From contig NW_026889803.1 in assembly GCF_033153115.1 (NCBI RefSeq), forward strand, positions 13,392,001-13,456,000: a stretch of DNA of 64,000 nt. Direction: 5' to 3'. Below, piece after piece: positions 23,298 through 36,017 of this stretch. Source of the DNA: Saccostrea echinata. Lineage: Eukaryota. The notes under the pieces were generated by a model. That model searched no databases. It saw only the letters and a list, made by a program, of their open reading frames with translations, and had not been told where the DNA came from. The position numbers and the translations under genes are program-made. Position 1 is the stretch's first letter. Each line of letters opens with the position of its first letter.

Positions 23298-24129
23298 AAC
23301 AAGATGTGTTTGTGAAACACTGATGCCCCCGTATGGCAACTTATAACAAAGGTTAAACTTTCTCAAATGCAAATCAAATATGTTTGTACTCAAAATAAGG
23401 TCTTGTCTCGAGGAATATACCTGTGAAATATATATGGAAAAGGTTAAAGTTTTTCAAAAGTAAGTGAAACATCAAGGTCAAGGTCAAATGGTGAAAATTA
23501 ATGATGCCCAAGGAATTGCCTTCTCACAAGAGATACACATGTGAAAAATGAAAGCCGTACTACCAACCGTTCAAAAGTTAAGGCCAAGGTTAGATTTTTT
23601 CAAATGTAGGTCAAACTCCAAGGTCAAGGTCAAAGGGTCAAAGTTGTTGGTATCTTAAGAAAGGTCTTGTCACAAGGATTACATATGTGAAGTATGAAAG
23701 TCCTAGCACCAACCATTCAAAAGTTAAGGCCAAGGTTAAAGTTTTTCAAAAGAAGGTCAAACTCCTAGGTCAACGGTCAAAGGGTCAAATTTGTTGGTAT
23801 CCAAAGAAAGGTCTTGTCACAAGCATTACACATGTGAAGTATGAAAGCCGTAGCCCAACCGTTCAAAACTTATGGCCAAGGTTAACGTTCAGTTAAATTT
23901 TGCAAAACTGGGTCAAACGCCAAGGTCAAAAGGTCAAATATGATGGTACCCAAAGAAAGGTCTTTTCACAAGGAATACACATGTGAAATATGAAAGCCAT
24001 AGCTCCAGCTAATCAAAAGTTATGGGCAATGTTAAAGTTTTTGCGGACAAACAGACACACAGACAGACAGAAAGACGGACGGACAGGGCAAAAGCTATAT
24101 ACCCCCGAATCTTTAAGGGGGCATAAAAA
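23298..24129 (-). mobile_element. HINE on the minus strand with tandem ggtcaa-rich units
   Basis: On the minus strand: 5' TTTTTATGCCCC..GGGGTATA hairpin and (GTCC/GTCT)n microsatellite; 3' GGGGGCAT, GTGTTT-CAC-AAACAC, CTTGTT. Confidence 0.85.
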
Positions 24130-25465
24130 GCTTTCGCTATCATTGCAACGAAGATATCACAGATCACTTCTAATTTCATATCATGCTACATGTAATTAAC
24201 ATTGATACCCAAGGCCAGATTAACAACTTTTATACAAGACCGTTACTAAGACTCCACATAACCTAGAATCATATTGAGATCTATGAAATGAAAATTGTTG
24301 CACGAAAAGATTTTAAATTTCAAGCTTCATTTTTAGACCTTTAAAATGAAATAATCATTTTAAAAGTTATCTTTCCTGGCTGAGAAGCAGATATCCTTAA
24401 TTGGTAAACATCTTAACTATTCTATATTTGTTTTATTTTCTTTGGTTATTTTTTTTAAGCAAATAAACTATGATAGTCAACGACTTTTCCGGTAAGACTG
24501 TATGACATACCCCTAAAGCTAGCAATTGCTCACTATCAGCACCAAACAATTGAACATTTGCAAAGGACATGAATGAATTAACAAAAGGTCACTGTAAAAT
24601 TTTGAATTAATAATTATGAAACAGTTATTTTCATTAAACTATCCCTACATCTACACATAAAATAACTATGGATTTTACTAACCAAATGATTAAGAAGATA
24701 TATATACAATTATTAATTTGATCGGAGCGGAATATATGCTGTATTTAATTACAACCATGATGTGATGTTGTAAGGATCTCCCTTAAAGCTATACACTATT
24801 TCTCCCTATATGTCAGTATCTTCATAGTTGATCATTTTTATACAAATGTCACTCGTGCAATCAAAATGACAGACAAACCAAAATCGTTATATTATTATAG
24901 GATGAACAAACCTCGCATCAATTTTGTCTGAGCGCGATGCGGTTCGGAGGGACACACTAAAACATGGCACACATGGACAATTGGTGGAAGTTTTGATGTA
25001 TTAATGATTACTAACCCGTGTATCGACATACACTTTATCAAAGCTTCTCCTATTGTCCTCCGAGACAACATATGGTGCTAAGCAAACCGGTATCGTGGAT
25101 AGACCAGGATATAGCATCTAGTTGGCGCGGTCTCAATTGTTGTTTTCCTTAAAGGTGAGTAATTAATATTTGTTTTCATTTCAAATTGAAATTTAAAAAA
25201 AAAATAACTGTTCTTTGTTTTAAAGTTGTAATAAGATCTATGTTTTGTTAACATTAAATGTTCAATTATTCTTTAAATTTATTTGTTTGTCAAATCTTAG
25301 AACGTCTGGTGGTTAACAATTAAAAGGCATAATTGATTAAGTATAAAATTACATTTAGCACTTTTATAATTATACCAGAGACGGTGTTTTCCTCTACTGT
25401 GCACGCCATCACAATAAACTACTTAACATTGTATTCAGAACCTAGTGCTGCATGGTTTGACCGAT

Positions 25466-26716
25466 TTTCTATAGGAAGGGTCCCCCCTTACAGAAATTCA
25501 CAGGGGAAAATTTGTTGCATAGTAAAACTTCCCCCGAATTATTTGCAATATATCAACTCTTTCCCTTACGGAAGAAATGCAATATTGCACCCCCTTCCCC
25601 TGGAATGATTGCTTTATACCAAACATTCCCCTCTTTATAGCATGGATGTTTGCAATATAGATTTGCCCCAATTAAAATTGAATCCGAATTCCCCTACGGA
25701 AGAAATGCAATATTGCACCTCCCCTCCCCTTGGAATGATTGCTTAATAATTCAATTCAATTCAATTCACTTTATTGACAATTACCATGTCGGCATACAGT
25801 CATGACATAAAACGAATTAACAAGAATAATACATACATATACAAAATGACAAATGTGAGTTGAACAAAATAATGTAGAGTATATTCACATATCTCTAAGT
25901 ATTCATTGCTGATTTTCTTTTCTGGTGTCAAAGCACTTTTTCAAAAAACAACATATCCTTCTAGCAGTTGTAATATTTGTAGGATTGACAATTTTTCTAA
26001 TGGGATTATCACTAGTATATGTGTTTACATTAAATATATCAGTATAATTGCATCTAAATTGGTCATACTTTGAACAGTATAGAACAAAATGTTTTTCATC
26101 TTCAATAAATAATTTACATGAATAGCATAAACGTTTTTCTCTAGGAATAGGGGGTTTACAGTATCTGCCCGTTTCAATATACAATGGATGGGCACTGATC
26201 CTTAATTTTGTTAATACAGATCTAAAACTTTTCTTTAAATAATAATAAATATATATATAAATAATAATAGCAAACATTGCCCTCTTTATAGCATGGATGT
26301 TTGCGATATAGATTTTGCCCCAATTAAAATTATATCCGAATTATGATTAAACTCTGTTAAACGATCTAATTTTTTTCTGAGCTATTTTCTATCATTTAAT
26401 GCTTACAGCCATTTATCTGTGCCGAACAAACGTTAAAAGGCACTGGACCTTGTTTATGTGACCTGACAAAACAGAAGAACCGTAATTTGTACATAACTGA
26501 CAACAAAAATTAATTCAGATTTTGGACTGACGAAGTGCATCGTGAATAATGAAAATGGAATTATTTTTTTAATTCTTACCAAATCGTTGGGTAAACCGAT
26601 CGTGGCTATGTCCCTGTCCTATGCGGAATTTTTGCTATATAGCAGATCGAACTTCCCCCATGGGGAACATTTGCAATATAGCAATTCATCCGTTATGTGG
26701 GAAGTTCTGCTCTACA
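25466..26716. repeat. Unclassified repeat with a ~130-bp internal tandem duplication, interrupted by a LINE
   Basis: tacggaagaaatgcaatattgcac..ggaatgattgctt..ccctctttatagcatggatgtttgc occurs twice; the second copy is split by the LINE fragment. Confidence 0.55.
25748..26245 (-). mobile_element. 5'-truncated non-LTR retrotransposon 3' end (CCHC domain, RTE-X-like)
   Basis: LTKLRISAHPLYIETGRY..REKRLCYSC..EDEKHFVLYC, then stop, 3' UTR, AATAAA and a (TTGAA)n tail. Confidence 0.88.
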
Positions 26717-28216
26717 ATTTTGGGATTCCAGCAAATGTTGAAAAGCATACTGCATCTTACAGCAAAGGAATCATGTTCTAATTTAAGTGTCATAGTTTAG
26801 ATCTGTCCTTGAACTTATCAAAGAGCCGTGGTAAAAAGTATTTTCCCATGACCCTTTGATAAATTCAAGGCCATCAGATTTCTCCCTTTTTGCATTGACA
26901 TTTTTACTATGCATGTTGTTTTGGACAAGAGGTGGCGTTCACATTTACAGTAATTCGTATTTTCAAACTTTCATTGAGAAAGAATAAATCTCATTTGATC
27001 GATAATCGGAAAGATTTGGCTTCTCTCATTTATTTTGCTAGGCCATTTGGCCACAAAATTCACTCTGACATCATCGTTGTAAGCATGTATATTGGCTTCT
27101 TAATCCGTTTAAATATGCAATTGTATCAATAAAATATTCATGACATTCATGCTCCACAAACCACTATTTGGCGGTAACCATTTCACATCATCCCCCGCTG
27201 AATTGAGTGGAATGAAAGCTCTCAAGGATAATGCAATTATCTGGGCTTGAACTCTTTCTATAGTTGGCGACATGCATATCTATATTTTCTCACTTTTGCG
27301 AGACGATTAAAGTATTTGTTTATGTGAACAGATGAAAAGATGTATGATAGATAATTTTTGTGACGGGACCAGTCAATAGGATGATTACAGGCATTGCACA
27401 TAACGTAAGTGTATGATTAATTTTACAACTCATTAAGATATTCATTTATAGAAACTGTAATCTTGCATATTTCCCATTAATTATAATATTAAGATTAAAG
27501 AAGTCTGATTTGCTCTTCAATCGTTTGTTTGTTTGTTTTTTGGGGGTGGGGTGGGGTGGGATGAGTTTTCTGTTATTTAATAATCATATTGTCGTGTGAT
27601 TCATATTGGACATATTCTATATCAAATAACTCTGATTTGCCCTCGAATAGTTTGTTTGTTTAATTGTTTTTTAATTTTTTTTTTTGGGGGGGGGGGTTGA
27701 AGAATTTAATAAATATATTGTCACGTGATTCGTACTTTAAAATAGAATGGAGCTATTTCAGAATTGTTTCCAAAATTACATGCTAGAGACACTCTCGCGA
27801 CAAACATACATTACAGAAACCTCTGGCACCGATGATATAAAAAAGAATATTTCATTTATCATCCCAAAGCGGCATCTGCTTACTTGCTTGGTAATTAGTA
27901 GACAAAATTTTACAGTAAGCTTGAATGATGTCCGTATCCGTGATCGTTGTATGATTGATGATGGAAGAAAAACGAGAATAATGTTCGTGTTTTCATGCTA
28001 TTTGCCACGACACTTATCGTGTGTATGACAAGATGATATGGACTCCCTATTTCAAATTTGTGTCAGTCTCTCTCACCAATGCACAATCAACTGGGAAAAT
28101 CGCTGTTATTATTCCTTAACTTTTTTGGCAGTATAAATCTGGTTCTTTTTATATAGTTACCTAACGCTTACAATAATATTCCTGCTGTTTTGAGAACCCT
28201 ATGGGTAAGGATTTAG

Positions 28217-28300
28217 ATATTGTCTTCCCACAAATTTTTATTAAAATAGAAAATTTGACCAATTTTTCTATTTTAATAAAAAATTGTGGGAAGACAATAT
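28217..28300. repeat. 84-bp palindrome
   Basis: atattgtcttcccacaaatttttattaaaatagaaaa / ttttctattttaataaaaaattgtgggaagacaatat. Confidence 0.9.
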
Positions 28301-31300
28301 ATTGGTATATTTCTACTTTAAGAGCCAGAGAATCATGGAAAATAAAAAAAAATACTACCTAAAAGACAATGTATAAATAAAACGTTCTAATAGTACCGGA
28401 ACTAGTAATTCTATCGGTAGTACATTGTTTTTTTTAATTTAATTTATTTTTTTTTGTCTTTAAAATCTTGCTGTCGTATTAGTGAAGATATACAGTGTAT
28501 GCACTCGACATGACAGTATCAGTTATGACAAATGAAATATTAATCATCACATTTATTTAAATTAATATCAAAGTTATATAAGCCGATGAAAGATTACAAC
28601 CAAATATTTGAATCGATTCACAGTTCTAAAAAGCATCCGTTTCATCACATATATCAAAATGTGTAAACTGAACCGCACTCTTCTGCATTCATTGTTCAAA
28701 GTCTGTAAATGGGGTGTGAAATATTGTGTAACTCGGCTATAAATCTTTTGGACATTTATAGTTTTCCTTGTCCGTTGTATGGTAACTCCAGAGAGAATCA
28801 CAGGCCGTCTCATTTGTATTATTTGTCAATAAGTGGATGTCTTGGGTCTAGATCACGTGATATGTTGCTGCTAAATGCCGGACCAACTGCAACGTCAGGC
28901 ACCGTGTACTTTTACATATCTGAATGAAGCAGAAATTGATGTTTTGGATTTATTTTTAATTTACAATTACACAGTAAATGTTCACGCTTCTGTATTTTCC
29001 TCATTATCAAGTAAGCACCCATCTTCTTGAACTTTTTCTTATTGTGAAGACGATTTTCGATAAAAGTAAAGCATTTCTCCATCCTCAAATTTTGGGTAAT
29101 TTTGAAACTGACTGATAAAAAATTCTCTGAGACAGAGAACAGAACAAATATGTAAACATGATGATGTTACTCTCTAAGTTATACTTTTAATCATAATAGT
29201 CTGACGGTATTATACATGTATGTACTGTTGATTGTTTTCAGACCTACCAAGAATCGGCCCGGCTTAAAGTCCTTGGTCATGTTTCAGCAGCACACCCTTT
29301 ATGCATCGCAATACTACAAGTCTACTTTTATTATAAAGCATTTCATGACTCTATTGCCTAACTTCTGAGATGTTTCACTTCTCTCTATGTTTGACTGACT
29401 TAGCTTTTGTGACACTTATGCTTCATTGCTCTCTACGATTGACCGCCATTAGAGTAATGGTTGATGTCTGCTGTTTTTACTGGCTACTCTTAAGTTGACT
29501 GCTTTAAGGAGTCTGGGTGGTCGACAAATTACCAACAGATCTACCTAAAAATATAAAATATGATTTTTTAGCCATAAACGATTTTTTATGAAGGAAAAAA
29601 CCCACATGTTCAAGCTATCATATTTGATGCAATTTCCTGCATTTTCACACAGAACTCTTCTTTTCCAGGAGATTTAAATAGTGTAAAAATGGCCATGACC
29701 ATCCACCCCCCCCCCCTTAAGTAATAATTACATGTACTTTGTACAGTAGTTGAATTAATTAGTAATTCTGTTAATGATGATGGTCCTAAGAAATTCAAAA
29801 TTTACTTTTGAATTGTATAAAGCATTGTGTGTTGGAAAATTCACCTTACCTTTTAAGATTTTTGTACAGTTGAATACTTATCTATTCAGAATTCAAATTT
29901 TGCTTATAATATATATAAAAAAAATTATTTGTAATATATACGTAAAAAACATGAAAGCAAAAAAAAAAAAATCTACCTAGAATCCCTACTCTACACATTT
30001 GTAAATTGGGGTTAACTTAATAAGTTGCATCAATTGGACACACTTGATTTCTTACGAAGAAGTTGCATACGTTTATCAAACTTTCTCTACCTATAGAAGG
30101 CTTTGTTGTAGTAAACTTTCTTAACATCAAGGTTAGCTTTTATTCTTTGGATGTCAGTCTTAAAATGCAGGGTTTTGAAGAAGAAAAAAAAATGAAAAAC
30201 ATCAAGAAGAACTGATGAGATTTCGATTAAAGCAAAACATAACTGGATATTTTTCAATTATCTTTGCGCATTCTGAAGTCATTCCGCGAATCGAACGCAT
30301 CTATTAATACGATAATTATTTGCTTCTTCATCCTGTTTATATTATATAGACTTTCACTCTGTAAATAAATTAGTAAGTAATATTTCCCTAGAATATATAA
30401 ATACGTGGTCTATTCATTTATTATAATGACTTCGATCTGCGAAATGTTTTGTAATCCCAACATATAGTCAATTCGAAATGATTTTAACAGCTATATAATG
30501 CAACCAAAGGAACGCAAAAAAACCTTTAATTTCAATGTAACAATGTGCGCAGATTCCTGACTATTTACATACGTACAGACCAATATGGTCGATTATTGAT
30601 GGAAGGTAATGAACAGAAATCTAATAATTAGTTAATTGGTTTTGTACTACTGGATTGCACTTCAGTTCAGCTTGGTGGCAAATGAAGGAAACTTGTTTCG
30701 ACACTTGGTTAATATATTGTAGTCTCTTGTTACAATTTTAGTGTGGGTTAAAACTTGTGTCATTAAGTAGAAACAGGTTATGTTATACATTAGGGCTCTT
30801 TAAATGTGATGGTACAATACAATTTCCTACGTGCACTTCAGAAACTTTACCATTTTTCATGGGGGAAAATATTTTTTTCAGAATTCGTATTGACATACAA
30901 ACTAAATTACACTTAAAATATTTTGTATAATGTTATTGTTAATTCATTCTTATATATGTAGTTCTATGTAAAGAATTTGTAAATGTCCATTATTTCATCC
31001 ATAACCCCCTTTCATTTTTTTTTACTTAACCATGTTCTCTGACGTTTTGCTTCTGGCTCTAGAACACATGGTATCTCTATAATAACTAATCCCCTGCCAC
31101 ATCCCAATGGAATCATGCATTGTAGCTCTGTTTAATTTCCTTGTACGTTATACAAAGGATTATGAACAATATTTATGTGATCTGGTCCTTTGGAACATGG
31201 CGAGAGGAAAAATCTACCCGAAACTCTGTTTGTTTTGAAAGCTCTGTCACGCGGCAGTGAATCGCTAATATTGCTATTCTTAGAACGTATAGCAATTACC

Positions 31301-31949
31301 TGACTAGTAGTATAGTACAGTTCCCGACATCTCGCCAAATCAAAACATTGTCACTGGTTGCCAGATTCTGCCGCGCGGCCATGAAGATGGACTCGTAACT
31401 TCTTATACTTTGTAGGGAAAAAAAGTGTTCACGTTTTTGCCGTAGGAAACTCTTATGCCACTGATCGACACAAGTAGGTATTAATTTATGCTTCCTAAGT
31501 TCGTTTCTTCTGGAAAGATTAAAGATATGGAATTTCCGTAAGAGATCCCACTTGCATGCTTCTTTGAAATTTATTAATCGTCCGTCCCTCCGTTCTTTGT
31601 TTTTTTTCTGCGTTTTACATGCAATATTTTAGCACAAGAGACAGAAAATAACGTTAGAACTGCGATATGTAAATCAAACCATATGTTATTGCTTATGTGT
31701 TTGCTCTTTCATCTAAAGGGGATGTTGAATAACAATTATTGACATGTGTGGTGTCTTGTTCTCTAAAAAGGATTACCATTTCCTCTGGTATGACAATGGT
31801 CAAAATAACACCATATATTGTCTTTCATTACAATATATCGGATTAACTTTATTTTTGCCTTAGTTTCAAGGTATTCCACAACGCCATAAGCTGCATGTGG
31901 CCATGATTATTTTAAGCTTGTACACATAATTACTCTTTTTATCCTCTTC

Positions 31950-34900
31950 CTGAGCAAAATGTATTCAAAGAGATATTTTCGCTATCTGATAGCCATTTGC
32001 ATAATAAAGATGTAACTGATTAAACCATCACACTTAAGCAAGAAAACTGCTTTGATGCACATGAAATGCTTTGTGAGTATGAGATCATCGACCTGGCAAG
32101 GAAAGGGATAGATGATGCAGACAATTGCAGTTGACCGCCTTATATATTTATATGCAGATGAGGTTTGCTTTGGCATTCCTCATTGACATTGGTGAGCTCT
32201 CTCCCCCGCAGTGTAATATAAACGCCATGTTGTTGTTGCCCAGTCTTTTATGAATTTTTCTACAACCATCCCCAATATCTTTGATCGTACAGCACAGTTT
32301 CTTTCTTTCGACTAAGTCAGAGCAAATATATATACTATTTGGACAATTGTTGTGGAAATTTTATCTTAGCTGGCACTGATTTATTTTCATTCATTTCAAT
32401 TTTATTACTTTTGTTTTTTGCAACGTCAAGGCACTTTAAAGCGCTCATAGTATGGTTTTTGTGGTACTATGTAACACTGTCGTTTTTTGGGATGCCTTGT
32501 TTTGTTAATTCCATGTGTATTGGGTTATATCAATACGTCATGCGTGTTCGGTTGTTTCGGGTCTGTTCAGTTCCATTAGCCTTGGAGTGACAATGCAATC
32601 AGTAGCTCGTAATTGTCGAATTTGTTTCCGTCACGGTGTACAGTCATCTTAGGTATGCCTGCTGATAACGGGTTATGGAGATGCCAGAGTACCATCCAGG
32701 TCTTGTTCCAATTAAGATCTTTCAAGGTTCTTTTCTTGAAACCACTTGGTACGTGTATTTTTATCTTACCAGTTTCAGGCTTGGTATTTTTCCGACATAA
32801 TACTCGATCGAACAAGCAAAATTAATCAATTCATTCACATTTGTTTAAAAATATGTTCAAATACTTTTCATACAATATTCTACGCTCTAACACATAGTTT
32901 AGATGGATTGTTTTACGGTAAAAGAAACAACGAGAATTCCTTAATGACAAATTACAACACTTTCTCTAAATACATTTGTTTTTTATTATTGGCAGCAAAT
33001 ACGTCTTTCAAGTTTACTTTTTATAGGATCAGCCAATTGCCTTAGTTGAAAGATTCGCTTGCAGGCACAAAGGAACTCAATTCTGACAAATTCAAACGAG
33101 CTGATATACATTTGGATTTTTATCGTATGAAAGATCACCATCTTTTTCGACCAGATAATGCCGTAATATTTCACTTAAACAACCACTAGTATGACAAACA
33201 TGTTGTCAATTTAAATTGGTTTCCTCTTGTATTTATGCATATCAACATTTCAGAATTATTGACCGCCACACCTACATTCTGCACTCTTTACAAAGTTTCC
33301 TGTCAAAGTACATCTGTTTACAGATCTACCTATTTCGGGTTTTTCTGACAGAAGCAGTATGCCCACGTAGAAGGGGCCAATTTCTAAATTATTGAGTAAT
33401 ATTGCATGGTATCAGATTTGTTTGGGTATATTTTGTGGTTGGTAGGAGCGCTGTATACAGTTAATTCTTGATAAGGAGAAATCCCATGTCCATGGATCAC
33501 GAGATTATCAGGCCAAGGAGAGGCTTCATTTGTTTCCGTAGGCAAAGAAATGTAATCACCTCAAAATCAGTGGTTCATGACAAGCACCGAAGTTCTCAAT
33601 AAATTGACCGCTCCATGTAAAATATTAAACTTCATTCATGTCCCATTGCTGCTTGTGGTGGGAGAGTCGCTTTCGTTTTTCACGGAGAACATTCTCGGAA
33701 TCAGCAGATGGGTACGATAAAGCATCATTAAATTGTTTTAACCAACATTGCATTTTGGTGGAATCAGTTAAAATGATATTGGCGTTTATTTAACACAGCC
33801 AGAATGGTAGAATTCCCCGGAGGACAAAATGTAAATGAAATCCGGGGCTTTATAGATGTACTACATCAGTATATACTTATCAAATAATCTATCTGTTTTT
33901 GGATTTTTTCAATCTCTAAATTTGTGTATTGCACTGTTAATGATGAAAGATCTTCAATTAATACAAGAAGCAAACTGCCCTGGTAAGCGTTTTGGCAAAT
34001 ATCGGCACCTTAATCATAGTAAGCTCGTTGGAAGTGATACCAGCAAAAATGTAATTATGACAAACTATAACCAACTGATGTGTGCCGATACAAATAGCAG
34101 AATTGCTTTATTAATGACATAGTTCTTTGCTACCTCTCGCGTACGTTATGTAAGCGAGTGTGTTCCACCCATGTTTTTACTCGAGCATTCGCGCGGTGTA
34201 GCAAACGAAAACCTCAGTGTTGGTGCAAATGACGCGCATCGACAGATGTACTTCATTACAGAAGCTAAATCAATCATCTCAAAAAAATTGATGAGACATG
34301 GAAGAACTTGTAGTATAGCTTTCCGTCAGTTCGGAATGACACGTCTATCTGTAATCACGGCTAGAGAAAATGTACTCACTTTGAGAACTATAGCTACAGA
34401 CGACATGGAGCGATTTGCCAGGTCAAGGACACGAGACCTTGAAGCAAATTATTAATAGGTTCAATTTTCCTTCCCAACATTCGTCATTGTTTCAATACTA
34501 ATTATATAGCTCTTCGACCGTTAGACAGCCATTAATTAAGAACTAAAACTTCTTGCTAACAAGATCCTTGAATAGCCTGTCATTTGTCAAAAACATTCTA
34601 GTTGAACAGTTATGACTTCAAGAACTGTTACTGGAGAATTTAAAGCATCGTTAATTAAACTTCTCTAAAGAAGTCAAAATCGATCAAAGCTAAGGAAAAT
34701 CAATTTCAAATGAAATCTGTAATTAGCCAAATGATGGATCTAGAGGATAAGACAACTGCTTTTCGAAAGAATAGCGTCATTCTTATCTCAAGTGTTTCTT
34801 CGTCCACAACCTCAAAAACCATATTGGTTCAGTATATTGAAGAGTAATGCAAAGAGGCCTGTCCGGGGACAACTGTTTGCTGTCAAATAATGACGATAGA

Positions 34901-35100
34901 TCCTCATGTGTAATATATCTGGGCAGTGGTCTGATACATATTGCCGAGCGTTTATGCACAAAATATTGGTTTTCCAGAAAAATACTGTGAATTTGTAAAT
35001 ATTACATATTAATGTATTGTTGTAATTTGCTCCCAGGCCGATGTTGATAACATTCGGTTCTATGAGAATTGATGACCCCACTGTATAAGCCGACTTAATT
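31950..35100. pseudogene. Possible highly decayed Gypsy-like pol remnant(s)
   Basis: Coding-like composition without homopolymer runs. Weak integrase-region-like peptide on the minus strand (DRVLCRK..IHVPSGFKKRTLKDL; QLADP) and weak RT-like fragments on the plus strand. No intact catalytic motif seen. Confidence 0.3.
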
Positions 35101-35331
35101 ACAGACAATATTCACTTGGTTTACACTTTGATCATGAAGTTCATCTTATTGTAAGTACATAGTCTTCATAGGTTATACAAAACCTTCAAAAGGTACGGCG
35201 TGTATCTATAATTATAACAAATCATTACTGTTGTTATTAATCCGACAGTAACGAATCTGGATTGGTCATATTTATTATGGTCTTTGATTTTAATATTTAC
35301 AAAATCCTTTTCATTTTCTGAAACATAGTTA

Positions 35332-36017
35332 TATAATAGTGTTATTATTTGGATGTACTATGCCGAAATAGTAGTCAGGGTTTGACACATGGTGCACGAG
35401 CCGGAGGCGAGTGCACTATGTGTCAAACCCTGACTACTATTTCGGCATAGTACATCCAAACAATAACACTATTATAATTATTATGCTGACTGTTGTTTGC
35501 ATACGACAATTTAATTAAATTCTCAATCCCAAACCTGTTTGCAGACGTTAAATCTAAATGAAAATTTTCTTGAACATTCTTTAATCAAGCGTTATATCAA
35601 AAAGCTTTTATTGACTCCGAAGAACCAGTTCATGTTACGTTGCAATTTTGGTTACTGATAAATTCGATTATTTGTTAGAGAATTTATCTTTAAGATCCTT
35701 ATCAATAATATCAGTCTTTTAGAAATTATATTCATTTATTTCTTGTTTTGTGACAAATGTATAAAAACTACGTTTATATATTTGAAAATACATTCCGTAA
35801 AGTAGCGGTGTTTGTGGCGTAATCGGTAACGCGTTGGACTGACGTTCTCCTGATCGTGAGTTCGATCCCCAGCGTGGGTGCAAATAACATTTTCTCTAGA
35901 AAAGACAGCCGTGCACTATTTCGACATAGTATGCTTACGCTATATAAATCCTTAGAACACTATGCGAAAATAGTTGGGTATTGATTATATAGAGACAAAC
36001 TGACAGGAAGCATAATA
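35332..36017 (+). mobile_element. Non-autonomous hairpin element (Crypton/tyrosine-recombinase type suspected) containing a pseudo-tRNA
   Basis: ~65-bp arm hairpin at 35332-35476, ATAATA direct repeats at both ends, and an internal segment complementary to both termini. Confidence 0.7.
35808..35881 (+). pseudogene. tRNA-like sequence (pseudo-tRNA, Pol III A/B boxes)
   Basis: A box TGGCGTAATCGG, perfect D stem GCGT/ACGC, B box GTTCGATCC at tRNA spacing. Acceptor, anticodon and T stems pair poorly. Confidence 0.7.

Noticed and set aside
35808-35881. Functional tRNA-Val(GAC)
   Set aside because: Acceptor, anticodon and T stems have multiple mismatches; kept only as a pseudo-tRNA.
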